Below are positions 23,036 to 35,530 of a stretch of 64,000 bases of DNA, one piece after another. Origin of the DNA: Hydrolagus colliei (taxonomy: Eukaryota); contig CM068763.1 in NCBI GenBank assembly GCA_035084275.1, positions 7,750,001 to 7,814,000 of the forward strand, in the 5' to 3' direction. The position numbers were made by a program, and so were the translations under genes. Positions within the stretch are counted from its first letter, which is position 1. Every line of letters begins with the position of its first letter. Below the pieces are notes generated by a model. It made no database searches. It saw nothing but the letters and a program-made list of their open reading frames with translations, and was not told the DNA's origin.

Positions 23036-23469
23036 CTGCAAGAAAGTTATTCTCACATTATGGTTTGTGTTGAGGGAAAAGCATATATAACTGCACCGAG
23101 CTAGCATGAGTGACTCCCGCCTCTGCACACATAGAGAAGTCTCAGCCACCTTCTGACTGTGCACGTCACAGCGTTCATTCACTCTGCCATCAGAGTTTAA
23201 TTTGTGGGTTTCAAGCCCCACATTGGGCCTTGAAACCCACACGAATGAACCCAAACGAATGAACAAAGTGCAACCCTAAAACCTGAACAATGTAAGAGGC
23301 CAGCAAGTGTGTCCACTGTCCTGCATGTCCAATTTACCATATCACTGCTACTGAAGTGGAATATAGCATCAACGTTAAATTAATTAATCATCGGCTAGAA
23401 TCTATTAGCACTTGAGTTTATTGTATTGTGAAAACTAGCCAGAGTCTCAGTCACTCACATGCCAAATTT

Positions 23470-23812
23470 GTGATTTCAAGGCCCATGTACGATCTTGAAA
23501 CAGTCCAGTCTCAGGATCCAACATAGTGCTCATGAAACACTGTAATGTCGAAAGTGCCACCATTCAGATGAGATGGTTAAACTGTGCCTGTTTAAGTAAA
23601 CACCCCAATGCAGCATGCAAAAACAGAAGGGAATTTCCCCTGACGTCCTGAAAGAAATTCAATCACTTTATAGCTGTTTGTGGGACATTACTGTACACAA
23701 ATGCACTGCTGCTTTCACCTGCAGATACACAATCACGACAGCAGAATCCCGTTAAGCAATTTGAGGCATTTTGCCAACATAAAGGGCCATAGCAAATGCA
23801 GGCATTTATTTA
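23470..23812 (+). mobile_element. Old Deu-domain SINE, diverged
   Basis: gtgccaccattcagatgagatggttaaac...gggaatttcccctgacgtcctg...tgtttgtgggacattactgt...caaatgcagg resembles a SacSINE1/DeuSINE body and tail. Confidence 0.5.
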
Positions 23813-24786
23813 TGGCAAGTGATTATCTGGAGTGTACAGTGCTGTGTAAATTAGTCTCAGGTACTACAGAAGGTCTCATGACTCATGCTGCTATTCATTA
23901 TGTGGCAGTGAAGGTCAATGCAAGGGCAGACATATTTACACCCAGCCTGCTTCACCTTTTCAACCTCTGCAGCCAGGGGATTCCCCTCCAGTTGACTGGC
24001 ATCTCACAGCTCCAGAACATCATTGCTGGCCTCCCCTTCAATTCCAGCAAGGGATTGGGTTACGTCTCAGCAGGGAGGTTGGGTTCAATTTCATTCACAT
24101 TAACAGTCTCCCCATTCATCAACTTCCTGAAACTGGGAAGCCCCAGGGATTCTGAGACTGTAACATCCAAAGCCGTCAGCTGGAATGCTGTGGGCAGGTC
24201 TGTCATTCCCGGAATTCCTACACTTTGCTGTGCAGTCATTACATGTGCTATATCAAATCAAGGAATCATTCTGCTTCGCCCTAAAGCTTAGGGGGTTCTG
24301 GCTCAGGCAATGCCAGTGTAGACAGATATCATGCAGGTCTCTTGTTTATATCCCAGAAGGTGTAAGAATTTAAACCACAAGAATTCTGCAGCTCTTCAAA
24401 TGACAAAGTTAGACGGAACACCACAAATCACACTGGCAACCACCAGCTTCGTCGCTCTGAAGTCATTTCTTCAAATCATAATAGATTCGGAGGGAAGTCT
24501 CAAGGCGATGGACAGTTACAGGACAAATAAATGACCATAACGTGTAACGTGGCATATTTACCAATAGAAGAAAGGCAAACACAGGCAACACCAGCCATCT
24601 GACTGCACCCACTCACAGTGCTGCCACCCCTCCCTACACTCCCCCACCCCCATACAAGTTACACAATGGACAGTGACAGCAGAAAGATCTCAGCAACATT
24701 GCCTACAAAGATAATCACTACGCTAAACAACAAATATCTTTAGCACACATTTTAACATTATTGGAGCAGTATTACTACCATGTTCA

Positions 24787-25044
<258 letters not shown>

Positions 25045-25484
25045 TCAGTATGTGGTAGATTACAGGCCCTTCAGATCCTGGTGAACAATACAGCACATTA
25101 CTCGACTGACTCTGCCTGCAAGGCATGGAGCAGTGCAGGCCTCCTAGAACTCCACTTAGTCTTTCCTCTCCGGGGCAGTTTTGCTCAATTTATGCTAAAT
25201 CGTCCCAAATGCATGAACGTCAATAGTACTGAACTCAGAAATCAGGGTTAGCAATGAGCTGCTGCCCCCGGCATCTCCAGTTATATAGTCAGAAGCAAAT
25301 CAAACACAATGTCGGGTTTGTGGATTATACACAAGATATTCCCCAATGCCCTTTTGACTAACCCCCAGAGACACATGCAGAAAAACCTCCAAACCAAAGT
25401 GTCAGCCTACGGGTACAGTGCAGAGGGGTATACCAGCATGTGACAAGGCTTAATCCCCACCACCTAACAACCATTTATGCCCAC

Positions 25485-25694
25485 CTGTGTCAGGCCTCCA
25501 ATATCTTTGACAGCCATGTAGAGCCGGTAAAGGTCCAGCGGTTTTCTCCCGACAGCAGGCAGATTAGTCATCATCATGCCCTTCTCCTCCATAAAGGCAA
25601 AGTACCGGTCGATCCACATCTTACGCTCTGGTTCCGAACCCAACTCATACAGTTTGGTGATCTTTTCATTTGTGGTGGTGGAGGAGCTGCTCTT
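25485..25694 (-). CDS. ARID1A: ARID1A exon 11 (ARID domain N-half)
   Basis: [31 protein letters not shown]...[22 protein letters not shown]; 210 nt. Confidence 0.96.
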
Positions 25695-26220
25695 CTGCAA
25701 AACCAAAAGATTCATCGGCAACATGAACAAACAATCCAGAGAACCCCGGATACAGTAGCCATCAAGAGAAACAGCCACATGGTTTCCCAAACTTGAACAA
25801 AGGGAATTGACGATCCCCAAGCAGCCTTCAGCAGTGCCCCAAATACCCGGCACAAGAACAAGTCACCCTGTACATTGATGGGCAGATCCTTTCTGGCATA
25901 TGGTTACTCAAGCCATGACTGTTTGTGAGACTTCGCTGTGCGAAATTGACTACCGCATTTCATTCACAAAACAGTCAATCCACTTTACATTTAATTTGTG
26001 AAGTGCTTTGAGACGTCTCACTGATGTGATGATGCACCATATCAACTGTAAGGCTTATTATATTCAGCGCAGGGAACTCCAGAGCTAACTGAAACTAACA
26101 TGTATTTTTCTGTATCAAAAAGCAAAGCGAAGGATGACTTGTTTCACTACACCTTTCACAGACGAGGCTTAGACTGTCAGGCCACGATTTGTGATCATAT
26201 TCAACAACATCTCTTCTCAC

Positions 26221-26330
26221 CTTAGACTTTGTCTCAGTCTTCAGCGTTCCATCCGCCTTGTTGTTTGCTTTCTGTGTTGGTGGTAATTTCCCTTCTCCGA
26301 GTGCCATCATCTCTGGGCTGGGAATCATCC
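26221..26330 (-). CDS. ARID1A: ARID1A exon 10
   Basis: (G)[36 protein letters not shown]; 110 nt. Confidence 0.92.
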
Positions 26331-26926
26331 CTGAAAGAGGCAGATAGAGGGTAGATAAAATATAGATTGATCCCATTATAATGCAGTGGCTTGAGTCCAT
26401 AATTTCAGATCCTTTATAAAAGGATCAGTCTATAGCATGCACTTTAACAAATCCTGTACCATATAGCATCTCCTGCCAGAGTGTAGCTGTGCCCCCAGTG
26501 AGGAAAATTGCATGGAATTGCTTTAGGATTGGTTGAGGTGTCCGTGGGAGACGAAGAAGTGAGTTGTGCTCAACAACTTTTACCAGACTCATTAACAACT
26601 TCCAACACACATCAGCCTAACACACCACCTCTGTAACGCCAGCTAACTGTCCTCAACATCAGACTGTCCCCATCCATACAGCAAGACACCACCTATGCAG
26701 TGACCATACTCTGTGCATATCTAGCCTCCTCCAGACCACAGTAAAACTACAACAATTGGCACAACAACTTCTCTACCAATTCCAATATTGGCTTCCGCTG
26801 CATTTCTCTACAATGTGAGAAATATTCCTTATGCATTCTCTGACAGGACTAAATTACACTGTATTATCATTGCCCACACTCAAGGACTCTTGACAATGGT
26901 TGCCATGGCACAGGGCATGCACTTAC

Positions 26927-27072
26927 CTGCAGAGCTGTTTGCCATGTTGCTGGCCATGGAATACAGAGGGCCTTGTGGGTTCATCATGCCGGCCATACTG
27001 TTCATTCCCTGGCTGTAGGGGGAGCCAGCACCCATCATACCACCTTGATTTATTGGTGGGTAACCAGGTTGC
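26927..27072 (-). CDS. ARID1A: ARID1A exon 9
   Basis: (R)[48 protein letters not shown]; 146 nt. Confidence 0.92.
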
Positions 27073-27762
27073 CTGCATTCAAAAAACAATTCATTTCTAA
27101 AATTGAAGATTGAATTTACACCTAAGGTATATTTGAGCCAGTTTACAAATCATATAACACAGGACGTGACAAGAGACCTCTCTATTCTCATAATCCACCA
27201 TTAGGTACAGGATCATATTTAGAGTACAACAGATTTATGTTATTGCTGGGCAGACATAAACGCCTCTCAGACCCTATCCCTTGTCCACTCTGTCTCAGAC
27301 TCCAGGCCTCAGCTAACCAGTCTCAGACTTCTGCCCTCACTGGGGGAACCAAATCTCAGACCCCAAGGAGCCAGCTACCGACTACTCCTGTTATTTGTGA
27401 CTGTGAGAGCCCATGAGCACAGAGCCAGTGACCAGTGAGTACACAGCTGAGGTCTGTTTACTGATGAAGCTCTTCCCCTGGGGACTGTACTAATCAACTC
27501 TCAGTTCAGCTGCCATCCCAATTCTCCTCATTACCTGTGGCACAGAAACGGAGATTAATTAGTCTTCGTACAATTATAGATACAGTAAATTACCACCACG
27601 TGCTGCTAACTACAATACCTAGCACTCCACTAACATTCAGCACATAAATCCACTGGGATATTACCCAGATTAGATATATACATCTTCCAAAATGCATTCA
27701 AGCCCTCCATTGGATGAGAAGCCGAGGTCCATAGCATGATCCGCCTCCATGCACTCACATAC

Positions 27763-28078
27763 CTGGTCTGCCCAGAGTTCGCTGCTGCATGCATTGCAGC
27801 AACTGCCGCATCCTGAGCCTTGCGGTTCATAGTTGGTGGTGGGCACATTCCTGAGGTCATCTGTGCCTGGAGAGTTGGTGCGTTCGGTGTCATGTTGCCT
27901 CCATAAGGCCGGGTGCCCATTGTCGTTGGGCCCATCCTCCCAGGGGGCATCCCTCCATAAGGTGGCGCAGGACCTTGCCCATGCATTTGGTTGACGCTGG
28001 TCATTGCGTTTATGGTGCCTCCCATCCCATAGCTTGCATTGGACATCGTATTGTAATTGGGTTGTCTGGGATAGCCAC
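27763..28078 (-). CDS. ARID1A: ARID1A exon 8
   Basis: (G)[11 protein letters not shown]...[22 protein letters not shown]; 316 nt. Confidence 0.92.
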
Positions 28079-28334
28079 CTGTACACGAGACACGGAGCAA
28101 GAAAAATTAGTGTTGTGGATACCTGCTCACATCCTCTGCCTAAACCATAACCCACATATAGCTTTTGCATTGAGCATTCCATGATTCCTGGCTCCAAGAT
28201 TCCACTCTAGGTAAGTGCAGAGGTGCATGTCCCTATGAAACACTCTTTCAGATGTGATAACAACAAAATTACACTTGTATAATGTCGTTCTCAGACATTT
28301 GTGCAGGATATTTGAAGACAGAATAGTTACTCAC

Positions 28335-28502
28335 CTTGAGGTCCGTACTGGCCACCCTGGGGCCCATAATTTATCGAATTATTCTGCTGGTAAGGGCTCA
28401 TTCCGGTGTGCATTTGGCCTCCAGAAGACTGGCGTGGAGATAAGGAGGAGCCAGTCTGTGGAGAGCTGTACTGAGGCAGCTGGGGGTTTCGCTGCATGTA
28501 GC
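28335..28502 (-). CDS. ARID1A: ARID1A exon 7
   Basis: (G)[31 protein letters not shown]...[11 protein letters not shown]; 168 nt. Confidence 0.93.
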
Positions 28503-28747
28503 CTGTAGAAACAAACATTTACGTGAGAGTCCCACTCAAAATAGTCATTCAACTGCAAAGAACCAAACTCCAGTGAACATGCAGCACAAATAAACACGTC
28601 CCACCAATCCCTACAATTACCTGGCTGTATAATTCTACTACTCACTGATATGTAAATTAAGAGCAAAATTATTCAGTAGCAATATTCCAAATGCAATGTT
28701 TAATCTCTTTTCAATTATAACACAAAGCGTTAAACTAATAATCCTGT

Positions 28748-29045
28748 GGAGTTCTGTAGCTCAGTGGTTAGGGCACTCACCTTACAAGTGAGAGATGTGG
28801 GTTCAATTCCAAGGCAGGGCGAAATATTGGGCAAGTTTTCTTATGCTACACGTCCAATAATAATCCCTCAAAAAAATTTGGTCACCCAATTACAACTGTT
28901 TGTGGGACATTGCTGTGCCCAATTGGCTGCTGCTTTACCCACAAACATACAGTCAATTCATTTTACAATATATTCTGTGAAGCGCTTTGAGACATCTAGA
29001 AGACATGAAAAGCGCTACATCAAATGCAAAGATTATTATTATTAT
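28748..29045 (+). mobile_element. tRNA-derived SINE
   Basis: agctcagtggttagggcac...gggttcaattcc head; standard body; (att)n tail. Confidence 0.82.
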
Positions 29046-29159
29046 CCTTGCATTCAACAAAATGTTAGAATATCAAAACTTCCCAAAGCACTTTTTTGGT
29101 GATTACAACAATGACAGTGACTGTATTTGTAGACAAACATAGCATCCAATTTGCACACA

Positions 29160-29530
29160 GCAACAACAACAACAATAAAATTACACGTGTGTAGTGCCTT
29201 TCATGTCAGGAGGATATCCCAAGGCGCTGGACAGTCACTGTTTCAGACCCAAGCTGGGGACAGGGAGGGTGGAGGGAAAGGAGGAGATTTGGGGTGACCA
29301 ATGGGACCGTCGAAGAAGAGAGTCTTGAGGTGGGACTTGGAAGGAAGCCAGAGAGGGGGAAGGGCGGGGGGATGGAGTTCCAAAGATGGGGGCAGAGTAG
29401 CTAAAGGCTTGTGAGGGTCTCTATCTTGTTGACAACTGTAGAAGTTAGCTTTTATCCAAGACTTGATGCCTGACAGACAGTCTCTCAGGACAGTAGTCCT
29501 AGAGTCGAGGGTAGAGGCAGAGAGATAAGA
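29160..29530 (-). mobile_element. L2-like LINE fragment
   Basis: DCLSGIKSWIKANF and KSHLKTLFF remnants, tail motif atatcccaaggcgctg, (aac)n end. Confidence 0.7.
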
Positions 29531-29990
29531 GTTCCACAAACAGCCATGAGGTGATCAATTAATCTGAAGGATTATATGCCAGGATGTCAGCAGCAATACT
29601 TTTTCAATAGTTTCATAGGTCCTTGAAGCCCACTTGAACAGATAAATAGGACTTCATGCAAAGCACAGCAACTCTGACGATGTGTCAAATTACTTTGCTT
29701 AATGTGGCAAGTATTATTACATTGGTAGCCGTTCCCTTACAAAATAATCAATGCAATTCACAGTAAATCATATGAAGCATTTTGAATTTTCTTCCTGAAT
29801 TGAAAGGCACTGGATCAGATGCAAGTATTATTATACCAACTGTGGGTTTTGTGCTTTGCTGTGAACTTGTAACCAGCTTTACACTGTGATTTCACTGGAC
29901 AGTCCTGCTAACATGGCAGACTACAAGCGCAGATAGCAAAGTGTTTGGAATTTTCCACTTTGGTAGGGGTGAGCAAGGCCCTGAACTCAC

Positions 29991-30080
29991 CTCGATCCTG
30001 TCCCATTGATGCCTGGTTCATGGAGGGGTGAAGAATTCCATCAGATTGACCACTTGGGGGTCGGGGAGGCATCTGATTTC
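29991..30080 (-). CDS. ARID1A: ARID1A exon 6
   Basis: (G)[29 protein letters not shown]; 90 nt. Confidence 0.93.
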
Positions 30081-30386
30081 CTGCAGATATAAATCCAAAG
30101 TTCGTCAGCTTGAAGGCTAATTCATCCGTTTTAACTGAGTCAAGTTGTTACTCTCCAATCAAGCTCAACCATAACTCAAATTCCTGTGCAGCTGCAGAAC
30201 CACTTGGTCTGTGCGAGCACAAGGCTGAGTTTGTGCCACAGATTTCACTCTGGCACAGGCTCGATTGGAAGGTCCATCTTTTACAAGACAGTGATCCCAC
30301 CACAGAGGCACAGAAGCAAGTGACGGGTGATGCTGGGGTTCAGTTCCCCAGGCACGCTCCCGTCTACCACCCCCTTCCACCCCTCA

Positions 30387-30689
<303 letters not shown>

Positions 30690-33600
30690 CTACAAAGCCA
30701 GAAAGTGAATGTAGTTAGATAATGTTTCCCTCCTGTAATGAAACTTCATGTAAAATACTGTTTTTAAAAAAAAAACAAATTGAAACCTTTTCCCTCCTAG
30801 CCCCAATTCACCCCCCCCCCCCACCCCAAGTACTGCAAAACTAAATGTTAACAGCATAGAAACAAAGCTACTGAAGGCATCATGTAGGGCTGAGGCTCGA
30901 CAGCTGCTCAAAACACAAGCCACAGTTTCCTTATTAACGATAGGAAGCGATGGCTTCAGTTATTGTACGGCTTCTATATGTACAGCAATTTCCCCGCCCG
31001 CACCCAACACCTACACAACACACTGTCCTGCCACATGGTAACAACAATTTACATCTATATAGTCCCTAACAGCCCTACACAATACAAAAATAAACTGAGC
31101 AAAACATCACAGAAACTAAAATACAGTACTTTTAAACTGCACAAAATGGTGGGTTGAAACAACTGAAGAAAATGGCGTGGATAAACCAGTAGCCTCACAC
31201 TGCAGCCTGGAGTTACTCTGCAGACATAGCCCGGTGACTGTACCAAAACACTGGTTACAAAATATATAGAAGTTAAAATTCTAACTGCCTTGCAACTCAA
31301 CAGCAAAGGCAGTTTCATATTGTACTATGTGCACACATACTCAAATGTTTGTTGATGATGTGAATAAAGGACATACACACTTGCTGAAACTCATGTGAAA
31401 GCTTTGAGTGATCAGTTGGGATATGAATTAATTACTGGGCCAGACACTGATGTCCTGTAAGTAATCTGTTCCACTGATATCGTCAAAATATCTAAATACT
31501 CATTTTGCCAAATCCACGTCACTGATACAAAGCCTTTGCAGCTGCGTTCCCAGTGGCAGTGCAGTGTCAGCCACAGGGAAAGGAGGGCTGGAGTGTCTGT
31601 CCGGGTGATGTCCTCACCCAGTCAGTTTTACATTTGCATTTGTAAACAATAACAGAGCAAGCTCTGAGTGTTCTCACTCACGTGCCCTCCATGTGCTTTC
31701 GATTTATTGCCCATCTGCCATTACCATCAAAATACTGGAATGGGTCCAAGTATTTCACACTAAATCTTGGACTCCTCGCTGGCTCTCTAACAAAGCCTGC
31801 GCTTTTCTTTGAAATGCTGCCCAGTTTTATTTTGGGCTCTGACCTCCTGAATGAGTGTTGATTACTATGTACTGTGATTCACCGATGCTGTGTCAGGGCA
31901 TGTATACCATGTCCTGTTGCACGTGTGGGCTCCACTGCCTCAACATCTCGAAGAGACTATAACCTGAAGTGTTCCTGCACACAACCGCATTCAGGCCCGT
32001 TTGCTCACAATCCCACCCTCACCTACACAACTAGCCTTTAGCACATTTCTTTTCTCCACCCCCCGACCACCTCCGATTCCTCTTTCCATTGCAATTTAAA
32101 AAATATAAATAAACATAATGGGAATCAGTGGGATGTGTGTTTAAGATGCCAGACTGTGTGCCTGAACCAAGTTCAGAATGGCTTCTTCAGACAAAACCCT
32201 ATAACAGAAATAACAACATGTATCTATATAGATACATGTTCACATAGAAAAAATTCTCAGAACTTCTCACCACAACAAGGAGAAAGCTCAAGCTGAGTAC
32301 TGGCTGAGTGGCTGAAGCTGTATGTTGGCGATTACCGAATACCACACAGAACAAGGATCAGCTTCTGCACCTTTCAGATACATTCCCATTCAATCCATTC
32401 TGGGATGATTCATGCTCTGCACTTTGTAAGTGGGAGCAGACATGAAACTTCTTCCAAGTTAGGTCATCCACACTCACACTGAGCTCTCATAAGACAATCG
32501 CCTCTCTTTCTCTCCCCCTCCCCTCTCTGTGTGATGCCAGGGGTGAAATGGATGCTCACTGTACCCACAGCTTGGGCACTCTGTGCTCAATCAGTGACAC
32601 CAGAAACTCTTACATTCACCCTGTATTAGTTTGATACATTTTCTCTTCACTTTACAGTTCCTTTTCGGGGCGTTTCCACAGATGAGCTTCATCAATACAT
32701 CCCTGCCCCTCCAGAGTACCACCAGGTGCAGCAGCAATGCATTGAGTCACATGGGTATATTCCACTGTCCCGCACCGCTGTCACATATCCATTCATTCAG
32801 TATTGTATTGGTACACACAGGGCAACATTTAAACCCTGGTCTCATTAACCTAATAGCTCAGAGTATCTCAATGTTCACAGCTGCCCGCTTCCCATGTCCT
32901 GAAGATACTTAGGCTCCATAATATTAAAAAAAGGATGAAACACTTTGCACCGATACAGTATGTTGGTGTGCAAGATAGTTTTTAACAACTTGCATTTATG
33001 TACAGAATTTATATACACCTTTTATACTGAAGCACTTAAAACCCCTTCAACTCAGTTTGATATTTATAGATATGATGAAAAGTAATAACGGCACCAGAAG
33101 CCAGAGCCAGCACCAGGAGCTATGTGTCAGAGTGGCTGACAAACTGCAGGTTATTGTCTCTGTCCACAATGTTTATATGCCAGCTCTGTGAGCCTCTCTG
33201 AACTCCTTCAAGTCTCTCTCGGTGAGAACAGGGTGTGTGTGTAGATATTATCCTCATTATGCGGTAGAACCAGTAACCCTGCTGACTACACTAACACCTA
33301 CTTCAACGCAACCCTATGATGGACAAAGCCAAAATGTGAAACAGATTAGGTGTATTGAAGTAGCGGGGGTCTTTACTTCCCCCTCCTATAGCTTTCAGTC
33401 TTACTAACTGATAGTGTAGATGCAATCAAGAGGAAGCTAGACTCTCATGTGAGGGAGTAAGGATTGGGTAAATGCTTGTTCTGAGTATGAACACTGGCAC
33501 AGACTAGTTGTGCTGAGTGACTCGTTTCTGTGCTATACTTTCAGTGTAAATCTTAGTACTCTTTATTTCTATTTGTGGTTATAGCAGCAAATCTCCTGAT

Positions 33601-35099
33601 GCAGGAAATTCAGTCACTGCTGATGTAGCAAACCCCCATTTTAGAATGAAGGGTTCCAACCCTCCACCTTCCCCCTAGCTCTGCCTGAAATCTACACACC
33701 TTCCCTTTTAACCTAAACGCAGCAGTAACCCTGTGACCAGGGACGGGGCAGGGGTGATAACAGCAGCTTGGCAGGCAGCTGGTTTTCTCCAACTCAGTTG
33801 GCTATTTAGGGGTTAAAAACAGAAAAGTGGCTGACAACATCCAGCGAATGTTTCAGTCCACACTATAATTACACAGCGATCGCTCGCTCTGTCCCCAAGG
33901 CATGTGGCTCATCAAGAGGGAGGGCTGAACTATTTAAAGCAGAGCGATTCAGAAGAACAATGGAGCATTCTGCCAGAGACAATGGGCGTCTCTGCAGGCC
34001 GCTGTATGTAACAAGATCCCGAGCAGCGCTCCCTTCAACAACAGCCTCGCCAGTTGGTTGCAAGGGAAAGATGCTGAGGAATAAAACGACCAGGAGGCGT
34101 GTCACCTCTCTGTAATTAAACACTACATAATGAGGAATTATTCAAGCGGCTAGCATTGACTTTCTCCAGTGTACTGCCTGCGTGACAGCAATATGGAGGG
34201 GTCCTGCTGCTCCGAAAGAGCTTGCTACTGACCACAGATTAACCGGACATGAATTTTAACCCTAAAGACTGTCCTGCTCCAGTTGCTTGGCAGGGGAAGG
34301 AGATTTGTAGAAGGAATAGCTCAGCCAATTGCCACAAGAATAGTGTCTGCATGACATCACGGCCCATGCAGCTGCTGCACATGCAAATGAGACAGGCAAG
34401 TGCAGTGACAAAAGGCACTTTCTGCCTTTCAAACCAGGAGATTCCAGCCTTTCAAAATGCCCCACAACATGAATCTGCATTAATATGGAGATTTCACAGG
34501 AGCCCACCACGTGAGAAATAGAGCAATCCCCCCACCCAAGGATGGTAGCTCAGAGGTTGAAGTGCGGACAAGGCAACCCAACTCCCTAGAGAGTTTTAGA
34601 TCATTAGAAGATGGGAGGAAAGAAACAGCCTCATTGTCTTGTCCATCGTTCTTCACCTCAATCATTGGATGAAAGGTGAAGCTGACAAGTGCTGCTGTGA
34701 TGTGCTGAGTGGGTGACTGCACCTGAAGTCCTGGAGCCACATTTCCCCCCAACCCCCCACTCCTCCCAAAATACAACCTTAAATTTGCTAAGAAAGCTAG
34801 AGGCCATTCAAATAATCTGAAACTACTCTGTATTTATCAGCTGTGCCCCATCCCGTATTCAACACACCTTAGCCAAGGGCTAAGCGCTTCTCAAATAAAT
34901 TTCACATGTACGGGGGTGACACCCAACTCGCTCTCTGCCTCCAACACCGACCCTGGGATCACTGCTGTCATGGTGGATTGTTTATCAGACATTAAATCCC
35001 AGGCGAAAGCCAAATGTCCCCCGTTGAACATCAACAAGATGGTTGGCTCCAGTCAGAACCTCATCCACTGTGCCTGAATGCTTACTCTGCATGTCACCG

Positions 35100-35530
35100 A
35101 ACCAATATAGAACCTTGTTGCCTTGTTGGACCTTGAACTGTCCTTTAAACCTGATATCTGTGCCTGTTCTGCCTTCTCCCACCTCCACAGCATTGCCTAC
35201 CTAGTCACAATTTCTCCCCTCATCGATGCTTTCTTCATGTGCAGGCTCAACTCTTCCAACCACAAACTGCAGATCATTCAGAAGTCTGCAGGTGGTATCC
35301 GCTCCCACAATAAGTTCTGTGAGCCTATCACACTGCACAGTCTTGCCCCTACCACTGTGACTCCCCTCCGTTCAACAGACTCTGGTCTGCTCCACATCTC
35401 CTGCCCTGCACACAACCATCTTTAGGAGGTTAGGCCTTTAGCCTTTTTGCCTCCACCCTAAGGAACTCCGTACTGGAATCCCTTCGCCTCAGCCCATCCC
35501 TCTCAAAACCCCCCTCTTTGTCCATACTTC
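35100..35530 (+). mobile_element. L2-like LINE fragment, decayed
   Basis: LDLELSFKPDI, AFSHLHSIAYL and HKLQIIQKSA remnants of the L2 ORF2 C-terminus. Confidence 0.65.

Noticed and set aside
23680-24291. 203-aa plus-strand ORF in intron 12
   Set aside because: Begins in a SINE remnant at a non-ATG codon; no recognisable motif or exon structure.
26899-26911. Near-perfect X-box GTTGCCATGGCAC beside the exon 9 donor
   Set aside because: Isolated motif with no supporting context.
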